Below are positions 40,403 to 52,830 of a stretch of 64,000 bases of DNA, in pieces. The notes under the pieces are model-generated. The model was not told where the DNA came from, ran no database searches, and worked only from the letters and a program-made list of their open reading frames with translations. Where the stretch lies: positions 15,899,864 to 15,963,863 of the forward strand of contig OZ199838.1 in assembly GCA_964304625.1 (NCBI GenBank), in the 5' to 3' direction. Both the position numbers and the translations under genes were made by a program. Positions within the stretch are counted from its first letter, which is position 1; the number at the start of each line of letters is the position of its first letter. This DNA is from Kudoa neothunni. Lineage: Eukaryota > Animalia > Cnidaria.

Positions 40403-42780
40403 ATGAAATTGCCTGTTTTATTTTTCCTAGTGTGTTTTGGTTTGAATACTGAATGTAATGGAAAAATAAAAGTAAAACAGTGTATTTTTCATGGGATAAT
40501 GTTTGTTTTGATAGTTTGGAGTAATAATCCATTTTTTCGATAATTTCTTAATGTCATTCATCTACCAAATAAATTACGACACCAAACCTGCAACAATGAT
40601 AGTAATATCGTTTGAACCTTGCTACGAAGGTATAAAATCTGTCCATTATTTATGAATAAAATATCCCATTCAGGAGATTATACCATAGAACCATTAGACA
40701 GATTAAAAATGATTCTACATACATGTATCGACACTGTTCTCCATATGGATTTAATGGCGAGAGTAAAATTGTCAGATATTCATATTGAATATGTTGGTAC
40801 GTATGAGTGGGCAGAAAAAAAGTATATTTAATAAAATTGGATCAGTATATTGTTAGAATTGTACAGGAAAAATGATTTAAAAGGATATTATAAATATTTG
40901 AAAGAATTAAATCAGTTATTTTCAAGACATTCCCGAATTCCTGATAAGAATTTCGCTAGTGTAATCGATGCAAACGACATGTTGGGATACCACCTGCTCT
41001 TCCTTGAAAGCCAGCTAGTAAGACAATTACAGTCGAACCTCGCTCGATTACTCGGAAAATTTGGGACCAGCGATGTTCAGGCTAATCGAACATAAGCTAT
41101 GTTTGGTGCGTGTATCCTTAAAATGTTCTACTTAAAGGGTTGTCCACTTGATTTATAAACAATTTTTACTATTTACGAAGTAGAATATTTTATCTTATGC
41201 AACTTATTTTAAAATACATTGGCATATCTATTAACTAATAATATGGATACGTACAAGAAAAACAATACATAATCATGGGAGAGAAACACGCCTACAAAGG
41301 AGTAATCCAATTATTTAAATAATCGGTAGTTAATTTTTGTTTAATATACATACAAACGTAAGTTCAGGTATAGTACATATTTAAATAAGAACTGAATGCT
41401 TAACTAAAGTATTAAAAGAGAAATTTTTAAATAATTAACCTAGAAGTATTTTTATTTTAAATATTTTACATATTGCGATGTTATATACGCTACATTGTAT
41501 ATGTAATACGGTGATGGGTGGCACTTTTATCCGGAAATATGATTAAATAGTTGTTCCCGATAATCGAGGTTCGACTGTATTTTTTTAATGAAGGCTTGAT
41601 CAAATTTATGCATTTTAGGGGGAAAATTCGATGCCTTATGGGATCATTGCATATGATCACAAGAAATTGTTGATGAGTTCCCGTATTATAAAACCGTTAT
41701 CCTTGGTTCTGAATTACCCAAAAATAAAGATACATTGGAAAGGAAATCTTAAAACACATATCACCAAGTCGATCAATAACCTACCTCTCTATGAAGCCAT
41801 CGAAAGTAACCAACCACATGTATTTTTAAATTTGTTAGCCGATATTAAGCTTAAATCTTAATTTAAGAATCCTAACTTGAACACTATACCAGTGTTGGAC
41901 TTGGAAGATTGTGCATCCCAATATTTGAGTGTTTTATTTACAGATTGGAGACGTTTCGTAGATCCAAAACAATGTTCAATTCCTACTGTGAACCAAATCA
42001 AGTTATATCCATTCCAAATGAAGACCTCTTTTAAATTTGATGAGTGTAAAGAAGAAATTATAAAACATTTCAGAAATAATGCAAAATTTCTAAAGAATTA
42101 TTGTGAGTCTGGAAATCGTTACTTTCTTCCAGAAGCCGCATTAAATAAATCCTTCTACGTATAAAATTAATTATAAATCATTGTTTTAAATATTAATCTT
42201 AGTGTTATATGCCGGAATCTGATCATACTATTGAGAAGTATGTGAGTGAGAGCGATAAGAAAAGATCAAAATACTACAAATATCAAAAATTGATCGACAC
42301 CGAATGTGTTACCTACCATAAATTTGTTCCCCTCATTAAGAATAAGGTAAACAATTCTGCGAAAATTTTACAAAAACTGCAAATAAAAATTAGACACGTA
42401 ACGACTGGTTTGATATGTGTGTTATCTCGGCAAATTATGTGGTATACTTGGATGGTCTAGCCAAAACATATCAACTTACCTGTTCCAAAAATGTTATTTT
42501 ATTATACGTCCATAAATTTATTTATTATTAACTAATTAATTAATTAATAATGTAGGATTTACATGAAAGATGGGTGGAAGGTTATGCGTTAACGGATCCA
42601 CGTTACCCAGAATTCGGTTTAGTATCCATATTATACGCTGCCTTATCATCTGCAGTCATGATCGGGATGATTATTGGATTATTCGGGATTGGTTTAGTCT
42701 CTCTTGTCATTACGATTTTGAGTGAGAAAAACAGAATAAAAATATTATGCCCAGTTTCTTTACCGATAATAGAAATTTAA
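40403..42780 (+). CDS. Pseudo-NTPDase family copy G; 9 exons, intact, intron 4 expanded by a MITE
   Basis: Signal peptide MKLPVLFFLVCFGLNTECNG. Blocks FGVIIHFFDNFLMSFIYQI, IHIEYVGTY, IDANDMLGY, YGIIAYDHKK, RWVEGYALTDPR; TM. Intron 41018-41618. Confidence 0.85.
41030..41577. mobile_element. Tc1/mariner-pogo type MITE (548 bp) inside intron 4 of copy G
   Basis: TA TSD; TIR CAGTCGAACCTCG / CGAGGTTCGACTG; shares GGAAAATTTGG(T/G)ACCAGCG with 14163-14311. Confidence 0.9.
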
Positions 42781-45069
42781 TGTCGATCCAATTAAAACCG
42801 GAAACTTATTCACTATATTATCCAACTAGGCGTTATTTTCAATAATTTGTCTCCTCATTATTGATTTCAATATTTTATTGTTAATAAAATAAAAATTATT
42901 TTCCCTTACTTAATTATTTAAAAAATATATAATACTGTTGCCCTGATACCCACTTTTTATTAAACAAGCACTAAAATCCTCAGTATTGCCGATACCATAT
43001 TCTATGAATAACTGGATTTAGGGGTCTAATTACGTGATAATCCGACTAAATTTGTTTTAAAAAATTCAATTACATTTTTTTGCTTAAATGGAAAATCCAC
43101 ATTAATTTTTAAAATTCGATATTCCTGATAGATGTTCCGCAACTTGTCACAGATGAATTTATAATTTCTTTTATTATTTTTAATTGTCGTTTTTAAAAAA
43201 TATTTGCTCTTTTAATTAGTCACATAATTTCAATTTAAATGATAAAATTTCAAATCACTGATTAAGCAGGATTGGACATGCCGGAATCAGTTAAACCGCA
43301 CCCTGTATTATGGGAAATCCGAATTTTCTCTTTAAACAATTATTTAAAATTATTATTCACCAAGTCGAACATTGGTAAAGCAGTGCACGTTTTTAGAATG
43401 AAATTAAAGGCTTTAATGTATAAATCTCTATCAAACTGGTTTTCAAACTTTATAGTTATGTCGATTCTCATGTGTACTATTGAAATGATCGATAAAAAAA
43501 CTGATGGTTTATAAAAATTATTTCTGCACGGATTTACAAAATAATTTGACTTTTAAAATATATTTTTTATGTACAAAATTCAACTTAGATCGATATTTAC
43601 GTTTGACAATTTGTGGATAGAACTGGAAAGTTTTACCTCACTCAGAGAGACATACGATCATTTTTTATTATAGTTTTGGTAAAGTTTTTATTTTTTGGTT
43701 TTTGGTATTCGGCATAGTTGAGAGCCCTAATTCGCATATTTGTTCCGTTGAAAACTTCAAGAAATTAAAATTAAACTTATTTGGCATTGATGTGTACTCG
43801 TTTACAGTTTATATCCAATGTCAGATCAGCTTATGTTCAATGCGCTTCATTCTAAGAGTTGTGGTCCACCGTTGTCAACCCATATCGAACAAGTCAGACT
43901 TTTTTGTAAAAACTGAACTGATATTTAATTATATGTATAAATATTATGCAGATTGATAATTAACACAGGAACTTAAAAGTTACGACGTCACTTGGTCGAT
44001 GTGTTCAAAATTCTCTCATTCCAATAAGATAATGTAATGTTATGTAGAGCACAACATTCTATTTTTTCTAATGGTTTAGGGGGTTCCAGAAGAAGAAAAT
44101 GCGCTTTGGGCAAAACGTCAATCAGAGTTAGATAAATTAAAGATGTGCTGTATTTTCCGATAAACATTACTCCAAATGACGATTATTGAAATTTTAAATA
44201 ATCAATCTTTTATTTGAGAAAATTGTTTCAAATATAATTCGGCATTAAACTGCAAAATATGAGGAAAATTCAACGAGTAAATTTTGAATAAATGACCAAT
44301 TATTAAAGTTATTCTATGCGCGCATATTAATATTGTTACATTTCTTTGCATTATGATTGTATAAGTAGGTGTATTTATGGGGTTTCTTAGTTTTGACATT
44401 TTATTAAAGTTTTATAACAGCTACAAATTAATTTTTCTTATTTTAAACAACGCAGTGTAATTCATGTATTTTTAATGCCTCTACAGCACGAAACTAAGAA
44501 TATTGAGTAACAGTTTTCACATATGTTTTTGGATGCTCTCTACAATGTAGGAATAAGCAAATTGACGAAAAGTCATCGTATTTTGAATAACTGAAAAAAA
44601 CATAATGAGAGAATGAGGAGCTACCGTTATATTCTGGAGAGAACGACATGCTGATATAGATATCGATGTTGCGTATACGGGCTGGCATCGCATGTATAGA
44701 GCTTCATTATTTACTCGTTAGAATTCCCCTAAATTTTTAAAAATCTCATGTATAAATATTTTAAATAATTTTACTTGGAAGGTGTTTTTACATTAAATTT
44801 TTTGATATATGACAAACAAAATTTCAATTCAATTTTCTGAAAGCTTTCATAAAGGTAAAAGATTACAAAAAGTGGAGAAGAGTTACGTTCCATTTATACA
44901 CTATAATATTGTTGGCAAATTTCACCCCATTTTATTTAGAAGGTTAATCAATTGCTAAAATTTCGGATAGGTGCCGAAACTAATCATTCAGAATTTCGAA
45001 AAATTCATATTTAATCTTAGTAAAGAAATCCAGCAGTTCTTATCTGAATTCTTAAAATCGATATAACTC

Positions 45070-45900
45070 TACATCCTGAGAAAGCCATTGGACTTCAGTA
45101 TGAAGTAAAAGAGTGGCATGCTAAGTATTCATGCATTCACAAAATTAAACGAACTCATGATACTTTACTGGTCTTGATTTTAAATAATTAACTATCTTGG
45201 CCATCATGCCATGTATATCTTTTAGCTATGCCAACCACGGTTTGACGACCAATAAAACGGTGATTTGTTGAAATATTTGATTGAAATCGTTTTAAAGTGT
45301 AAAAAACGTGCTAATCCTGCAGTCACTAAGGAGCAATCAACTCTGCATATTCCAGCACACTTCTCTCACGTTATGTTGAAACGATTCAAGATTTAAGTAT
45401 GAGGTAAATGCATCATCATATAATCTTTACTTCTTGTTAATTCTTGCGATTCCCTGCAACATAAAATACCCTTGTTAATAATGACATCATTCTCAATAAA
45501 CCGAGTAAATGCAATCCTAAGTGAGTTCCCATTCGAATAGAAAAATAGGAGCAGCCTTCAATTTTAATATAACACGATTTTTGATATCAAGTGACATATC
45601 AGTAATCCGCCCATTTGTTATGATGCCAAATAGATGAATATTCATAAGTTCAGAAGCAATATCTGAAAAAATATTTTTGCAATCGCAACGCATGCTGGTA
45701 ATATATATGATTCCTCAATTGCGTATGGTTTCAACTATTGGTGTGCAGTCTCTTCCACAACAAACCTTGTTTGGATTGCTCGTAGCTAATCTTGATCTTT
45801 CTCAAAAATGCAGGAGATGACTTTGAAGTTTATTCATTTAAACTAAAATTATTCTCTGGTTTTCTCGACTAAATTAGGATGTTGTTTATCGTCTGACGAT
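45070..45900 (-). mobile_element. Decayed hAT (Buster/FAM200-like) transposase fragment
   Basis: Minus-strand remnants DMSLDIK, EKCAGIC, KIVNYLKSRP, HATLLLHTEVQWLS, with stops. Confidence 0.8.
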
Positions 45901-45910
45901 TCAACTTTAA

Positions 45911-46734
45911 CCCTCTAATGGATTAGGGGTACTAATCTACCCAAATGAGACTTTGTTTATTGTATGATTCGTTACTTATAATTTCAAACTTACTGAGATT
46001 ACTGTTATTCCTTCAAAATAATTTTATTTACATATTAAAATAAAATAATAATTATTATCTATTGTATTGGTGGAAATATACATTTTCCATCCTCCGATGG
46101 ACTTTTAGGGTAGAAAACTACCCCACAATTTTTTCCCTTAAAATTAAAGAAGAAATAATTTTGAACGAAGACGATGAGTTTGAGGATTTTCTATATTCTA
46201 GATTCTACGACACAACGCTTATAAACTGTAAATAGATCACGTGATTCCACAAAAAACTCTTTTTGATGATGATATTTTCCGGAGGGAGTTATTGAAATAA
46301 TGGCGAGAATCATGACAACAAACGTTACGTGCGCAATTTGCAATAAATTTTGGTGTTAGAATCACCTAATGAATGTTTGTGAATCTTGTTTGCATGAAAT
46401 GGGGTTTATTTAAAGCATAAAAAATAGGCTAAGGAATTACATCGACTAACATTTTAATTTTAAAAGCTTTAATTAGAACAACACACAACCAATCTAAATC
46501 AGAATTAAAAACTAATACGACGGTTGTTGACCAAAGTGATATTCGTAGGATTACATTAATAAATCAGCGAATTTATTTGAGTTATAACTCTTTATTATTT
46601 TTTTGCATCCATCAAAATATTCAATATTTCTTCTTACAGATTTTTTTCATAACAAGGGATAAAATTAAAATCTGGGGTAGTTTAATACATCAGCGTCCAT
46701 CGGAGAGTAGTCGATTTTAGGTGCATTAGGGGGG
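45911..46734 (+). mobile_element. Internally deleted piggyBac element
   Basis: TTAA flanks, TIR CCCTCTAATG/CATTAGGGGG, Cys-rich C-terminal remnant TCAICNKFWC*NHLMNVCESC. Confidence 0.85.
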
Positions 46735-47067
46735 TTAATGACAATATTGAATTATCCGAAAATCCTCCATTATAAACTTAGCAATGTTAAGTTAGCATAA
46801 TGCTGATAAACAAGTATCATCATAGTTAACATTCGACTATAATGTCATAATCTAAATCAAATAATGGAGTTTTCTGTATTATGATAATTTTTACCAATTT
46901 TTTTCTTTAAATTCAGTTGTGAACAATGAATGACAAAAATTTTAATGAGTATCTAAATAATCAGAATTTTAAAGAAAAAAATTTATTCTCAAAGTAAAAA
47001 AATAATTTATAAATTCCCCTTAATCTCGCGCAGCATTGTCAAAAGTAATCGTGGCTAACTAAAATAG

Positions 47068-48072
47068 ATGGTTTATTATGGCCAGGTTGTAGTTGGACCT
47101 CCATCCTCTGGAAAATCCACATATATTCTTAAAATGAAACAATATCTTGAAACTATTAACAGAAAGGTTCATATTGTCAATCTTGATCCGGCCAACGATG
47201 TACTCCCCTACAAAGTTGACGTGGATGTGAGAGATTTTATTAATGTACAAGACGTAATGGAGTTGAACAGTATTGGTCCCAATGCCAGTTTGATATATTG
47301 TATCGATATGATTTGGAGTAATATTCAATGGCTTTGTGACCAACTCAAGTGCTTAACTCCGAATGACTCCCAAGATAACATTTATTATTTGATTGATTGC
47401 CCTGGTCAGTCCGAATTATTCACCCATAACAACTCACTAAGTAGAATTATGAAACATTTTTGTGAGGAAACCAAACAATACAGCGTAATTGTATTGTGGA
47501 AAGTCGAATATTCTATTGAATCTAGTTCGCGTGTGTTTATATGATTGATATCCAACATTGTTGCGATCCATCCAAATATTTAAGTTGTACATTGGATTCG
47601 TTATTAGCAATGATGCATATACATCTACCTCAGATTAATGCCATCTCAAAATTTGATCTACTTCCTCAATACTATAATGATTTAGGTTTTTTACTTAGGG
47701 TTGAGGTGACAGATGTTAATTATCTGTCTTAAGATTTCAATATGGATTATTACCTTAATGTAATGGATTTGGATTATTTGATAAAAACAATGCAAAATCA
47801 AGGAGTGACGCGATCTGACAACAACCCCATCTCACAAAAATTCTACTCTAAAATAAGTGAGGTCATCTCCGATTATGCGCTTGTATCGTTTGCTCCATTA
47901 TGTTCCTATGTATCATATTTTCGTCTTTCTAAATTTGTTGTTGTTTTTCACATCATATTTAATACAGGACACGTCTTCTCTGTTCAATATTCTTGTGAAG
48001 ATTGATAAAGCCAATGGATTCATGTATTCACAAACCAATGTTGAATTTGTGGCTGAGAACAAAAATAAATAA
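47068..48072 (+). CDS. GPN2: GPN-loop GTPase 2; 4 exons
   Basis: Exons 47068-47484, 47526-47685, 47734-47909, 47968-48072. Motifs GQVVVGPPSSGKST (P-loop, GPN2-type), VNLDPAN, GPN, DCPGQSELFTH, FNMDYY, IDKANG. Confidence 0.92.
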
Positions 48073-48588
48073 TTAGTTCCTGGTCATTAGTGCTTATTTA
48101 TTGTGAATAATTTTGTATAATTATTTGTTTGGTTTGATGTTTTCTTGCCGAAATCAATCTATCTTTCATAAATGGTTTTTTATGATTTTAAACAATAAAA
48201 ATAATTCGATCAATAATTTGGTTTTCCCTAGAAAAAAGTTTTCTTCCATTACTTCTGAATTTGGATAAGGCAAAATTTTAAAAAAATTAATAAATTGTAT
48301 ATGTTCATTAACCCTTTTGGGGATGACCATCGGACAATCACGTAAAGGTTGAACCGGGCTGCAAAAGTCCGGTCAAATTAGTTTAGTCGTTTTAAGACTC
48401 AACGATTGATCGGTTAGATCCTGCAGGCATTATTAACCCTCTAACGGGCTTGGGGTATTTGAGACCCCAAAACGATTTTACTCTGTTCACGTAATATTTA
48501 ATAATTATCTTAGATACTTAACATTTCGTCAATTCTCCTAGATTATTTTAATAAATAAATTCATGAAAAATTTTATGTGGAATACGGA

Positions 48589-50505
48589 CTACCATAAATC
48601 CTCATGTATAAACAGCACCCGCGATGCCAAACTAATTTTATCCGTCATCCCAATACATTCTCACATCCATTTAACACACTTAATTTAATCTAGTCACATA
48701 AGTCAATCGCCAAGTCTACCGTCTTTGTCTGTCGTCACACACACGCGTTGGCTGACGGAGTTGCAATCCGCCAAAGTGTTTTCTCACCTTTGCTGAGAAA
48801 GTGTTAAGTCTGTAGTAAATTATAGTAAGTAAGTTCGCTAATGGAAGAAAGCTCAAGATAGCTTGAAGATGATTCCGCGATCAAAGTGTGCGAGAAGAGG
48901 AAAACATTGTCAATGACCCGAACTAGAAACTTCCTTAGTTGCGTGGGTAACAGAATGAAGGAATGCGGGTTTCATCATCACCAGAAACAACATTCAAATT
49001 GAGGCTATGAAGTAGTCCAAGAAGAATCGTGAGTTGTGTCAATATTTCCAAGCTTTGCGTGGTTGGTTGAGCAAATTCATGACAAGAAACAATTTAGTCT
49101 TACGCCAAACAAAGAAAATTGCTCAAAAGCTACTTAAAGAATTGGAAGATGAAGTAATTTCATTTAAACAATTCATCATAAAACATTGCAAACATCACAA
49201 TCACTTTCTCAACATTATTGGAAATATGGATGAAATTCCAATGTTTTTCGATATGGTTGGGAACAAGACGGTCAACAAAGTCGGAGAAAAAGAAATATGC
49301 TTGAAATCAACAGGGCATCAGAAGAGACACTTCACTGTGATTTTAGCTTGTTTAGTCAATGGTTATTTTCAAGAGGAAAACATTTTCTCCAAAAGAAAAG
49401 TTTCCTACCGGCATCGTTGCCCATGTACAGGAGCGTGGTTCGATGGATGACGAAGGGTGTTTGAATTGGATTAATGACGTATGATCTACAAGTCCTGGTG
49501 GCTTATCAAAGAAACGGTCGCATTTGATGTGCAACAAATTCAAATCTCGCCTTTTTGAACGTGTCGAGCAGCGTTTGCAGCAAAATAACACAGACATTGC
49601 TGTCATTCCTGGTGGTTTGACCTCAATTCTCCAGCCCCTTCTTTAACCACTGTGTGTCAATGGATTCTGCAGGCCTGGATGGATTTGAAGCCCGAAATAA
49701 TTTAAAATCCTTCAAGAAATGTTGCATCATCGATGCAATGTTTGGAACAGAGGACGATGTCTTTGGGAGCATGACGAAGAAATTTCACCTTCTGATTCCG
49801 ATGAATTCGACCCTTACTACGATACAGTTTTACCCCATGATTGGAATCAAGTGTTAGAGATGCCGCATGATAATGACCAAGACTAATTACCTCATTACTT
49901 GAATACGAATGCTGGATATTTCATAGTGTCTTATTGTTGAATAAATTATTTGTTGCATTTGTGCATTCTAAAAGGTACGTTAACCCCCAAATATAGTGAC
50001 AAGTTTATAGATATAATTTTTAGACTGCGGTTAAAATGTAGAATAGTGGCCGTAATCCAAATCAGCGACCACGATAAAAATCGAACCTGTTGATTATTCA
50101 GATTTGTTGTATTTATCATTATTTCACCGTCAGTAGGTTATTTGCGGCATTGTATTTGTTATCGATGGAGTAAAGCATGCTTTATTTATCCTAAAATTTG
50201 AGTGACAACTATGATTTTTTTTGATTGTCATATTTCATCATTAGCGACTGCCTACTATTAATTCTATGTCTGTAAGAGTAAGAAATTCATATTTTCCGTG
50301 AGCATTACGTGTTAAATTGTATCAGACGCATAGCGTTAATATCAAAAATAATTTATTATAATTAGATGTTCAAACATATCTCATGCTAATTTTAAAAATT
50401 TTCAGGATTAATCTACGAACTAATTATAATTATTAATCGGAAAATGTGGCCACTATTCTACATTTTAACCAGAGTGCGTGTATAAGCTGCACCCCAAGCT
50501 TTTAA
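48589..50505 (+). mobile_element. Decayed pogo-like transposon (HTH_CENPB + DDE_1)
   Basis: Remnants RGWLSKFMTRNNL, GNMDEIPMFFDM, STGHQKRHFTVILAC, VIPGGLTSILQPL; terminal GTGTATAAxCxGCACCC repeats. Confidence 0.85.
50029..50470. mobile_element. MITE with perfect 23-bp TIR, possibly Merlin-type
   Basis: GGTTAAAATGTAGAATAGTGGCC / GGCCACTATTCTACATTTTAACC; near TSD AGACTGC(G)/AGAGTGCG. Confidence 0.8.
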
Positions 50506-50704
50506 ATAAAATTGTTTCCCTCCAACGGGCTCTGAGGAAAAAAGACCCCAAAATTTTTTTCAATCAATGAACGCACCAAATTATTACTAAACAATATGGA
50601 AGATTTTGAAGAATTCTGCCCAAGAAATACTGAGAAATTGAATGATTACTATTCGCTATAATCCACAATAATCCGACAAATTACGCGGTGTCATATGTCG
50701 TAAG

Positions 50705-51917
50705 TAGGCCTTCAAAAAAAAAGGTTTGGTTTTTATTCTTTACTTGGAAGAGATTAACTCAATATATTAACAAGATTGTTTGATTCATTCACAATGGTTT
50801 TTTGTAATCAATCTTAAAAGAAATTTTCTCATTAAAATTCCGCAGCGCATTATTTTTTGGAATAAACTATTTTATTTCTTTTAAAATATCAGCTAAACTA
50901 CAGTAGTACAGTATCTGTATATGAACTTAGGGCGGTGTCGCATACGAAATCGGAATAAAGTTATTTTCTACAATTTGTTCTGTTAATTCACTTCTTTTGA
51001 AATAGTCTTTTAATTTTTGTTCTTATCACAAAAAATTATATTATTTAGTTAAATTCAACTTAAAAAGAATCAACCTATAAACTGGAAATAAATCTTAAGT
51101 CGAGCACATTCGAATTCACGTGGAATCTCTATGTTGTTGATGAATGCATAAAAAAATTATTATTTCTCTATAATTTTAGGAAATTCGAAGTCGTTAATTT
51201 TTTAATGAATTTTTTTAATTTGTATATAAAAAAATAAGTTCGTAAATGTTCTATCTTGTGACTTCGTAATTTAAAAACAGAACTATCTGATTTATTCTAT
51301 TCAAAATCATAACGAAGATGTTTTAATTTAACTATAATATTTCTTTATGTGGGTTTTAGTTTATAAATTTTTTCTCATGGTTTATTCATGATTAAGAAAA
51401 CGTTTTAAACAATATTTGTTTCAAAATTCCAACATGAAAATTTTAAATTTATATTATTAAGTTATCTTTATATTTATATACATTACATAACTAAAAACAA
51501 AAATATTCAATCATTATTTTTTTATTAAAATTAACTTTAAAGTAGAATGATCGTCATAAATCCCAATATACGTTTTTTACATATTTTAAGTAAAATCAAT
51601 TATAAATGTTTATAAATCAATAACATTTTTTTATTACTTATCTCAACAATGTAAGAATGTTGTAAAACCAGAAATAAAACATTTATCACATTTTTTTTTA
51701 TAAAATGAAATGTTTCGTCATATTTTATAATCTATTTCAATTTTTTTATGTGGTTGAATGTATCAAGCGTTTTAGAATAATATAATTAATTTACTGAGAT
51801 GTATTATCTATCAAAATGTTTGAAAACACCAGTACTAACTACGAAACGTCGGAATCATGAAATCCTTAATAATTTTCACTTCAACACATAATCACCCCTC
51901 GATTTTTTAAAGGCCTA
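50705..51917. mobile_element. Non-autonomous hAT-like element, copy 2 (inverted relative to 25713-26803)
   Basis: TIR TAGGCCTTCAAAAAA / TTTTTTAAAGGCCTA; perfect 8-bp TSD GTCGTAAG. Confidence 0.88.
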
Positions 51918-52830
51918 GTCGTAAGCCATCGTTTTAACAAATATTATGACGCCAGTGTTTAGTGTTTTATTATCCAAAACAAACAAAATTATCCATGTTA
52001 CTAGACCGCTGACGATAAATATCCTCCAATACAACGGCAGCATTCACCAATGAAAGAATATGGTTAACTCCATAAGTAATCCTACAATTATAAATTTGAA
52101 TCACGTGATTTTCATTAAATAATTTATTTTTGGTTTTAACGTTAAACAGTTGCTATAACTGAGTATCTAATGTTTGTACTAAATATGAAATTCTCATTCT
52201 AATAAACTTCTACATTTAATGATAGGTAACCGCCAAGGAGAAATTGTGACAACACAGAAATCAGTTGTATCACTTAAATTTTAAAATACATGAAGGATGC
52301 TTTACTCAATTGAGTGTTATGGCCTGTAAAATGATTATGAGGGATTAGGAGATACATAATAGATTACAATTACTATCGTATACATCTGAAAGATAATATT
52401 AAATGTAAATTCATGTTAGATTAAAATAAAAAAAAATAAATTGTTCATCATGGTCGTCGATTTGGTTCGTTGTAGCTGTTTTTGATTTCGGTCGCTATTC
52501 TGCATTTTTTCTGCATAGAGTGTGTTAAATAGAATTTATACTTTATTTTTCATTAAGATTTTTGTTTGTCGTTATTTCAAATGAGGCAAAACATACTTAA
52601 CGTTCTAATCACGAGTTATTACGAAATAATACTTAATCTTATCGAAGCAGATCACCGAGGATTAATTATGCAGTAATTGATTGTTTTCTCAATATTCCTT
52701 GGGTAGAATCTCCCCATATTTTTCTCATTACTTTATGATAATTTTCTAAATATATTCAATGAAAAACAACCCTGGAGTCTTTTTTACCCCAAAGCACGTT
52801 TTAGGTTGGTTGTTTTTTCATCTATTAAAG

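Larger units (their letters stand above)
48437..52830 (+). mobile_element. piggyBac-type element hosting nested insertions; right end eroded
   Basis: TTAA-CCCTCTAACGGGC..GGGGT..GACCCC left end, internal repeat of it at ~50520, subterminal GGAGTC..ACCCC at ~52775. Related to 45911-46734. Confidence 0.55.

Noticed and set aside
43960-44200. THAP-like fragments (VPEEENALWAKR...KH)
   Set aside because: Too degenerate to support; no clear element termini.
47059-47343. Minus-strand 94-aa ORF
   Set aside because: Antisense shadow of GPN2 exon 1.
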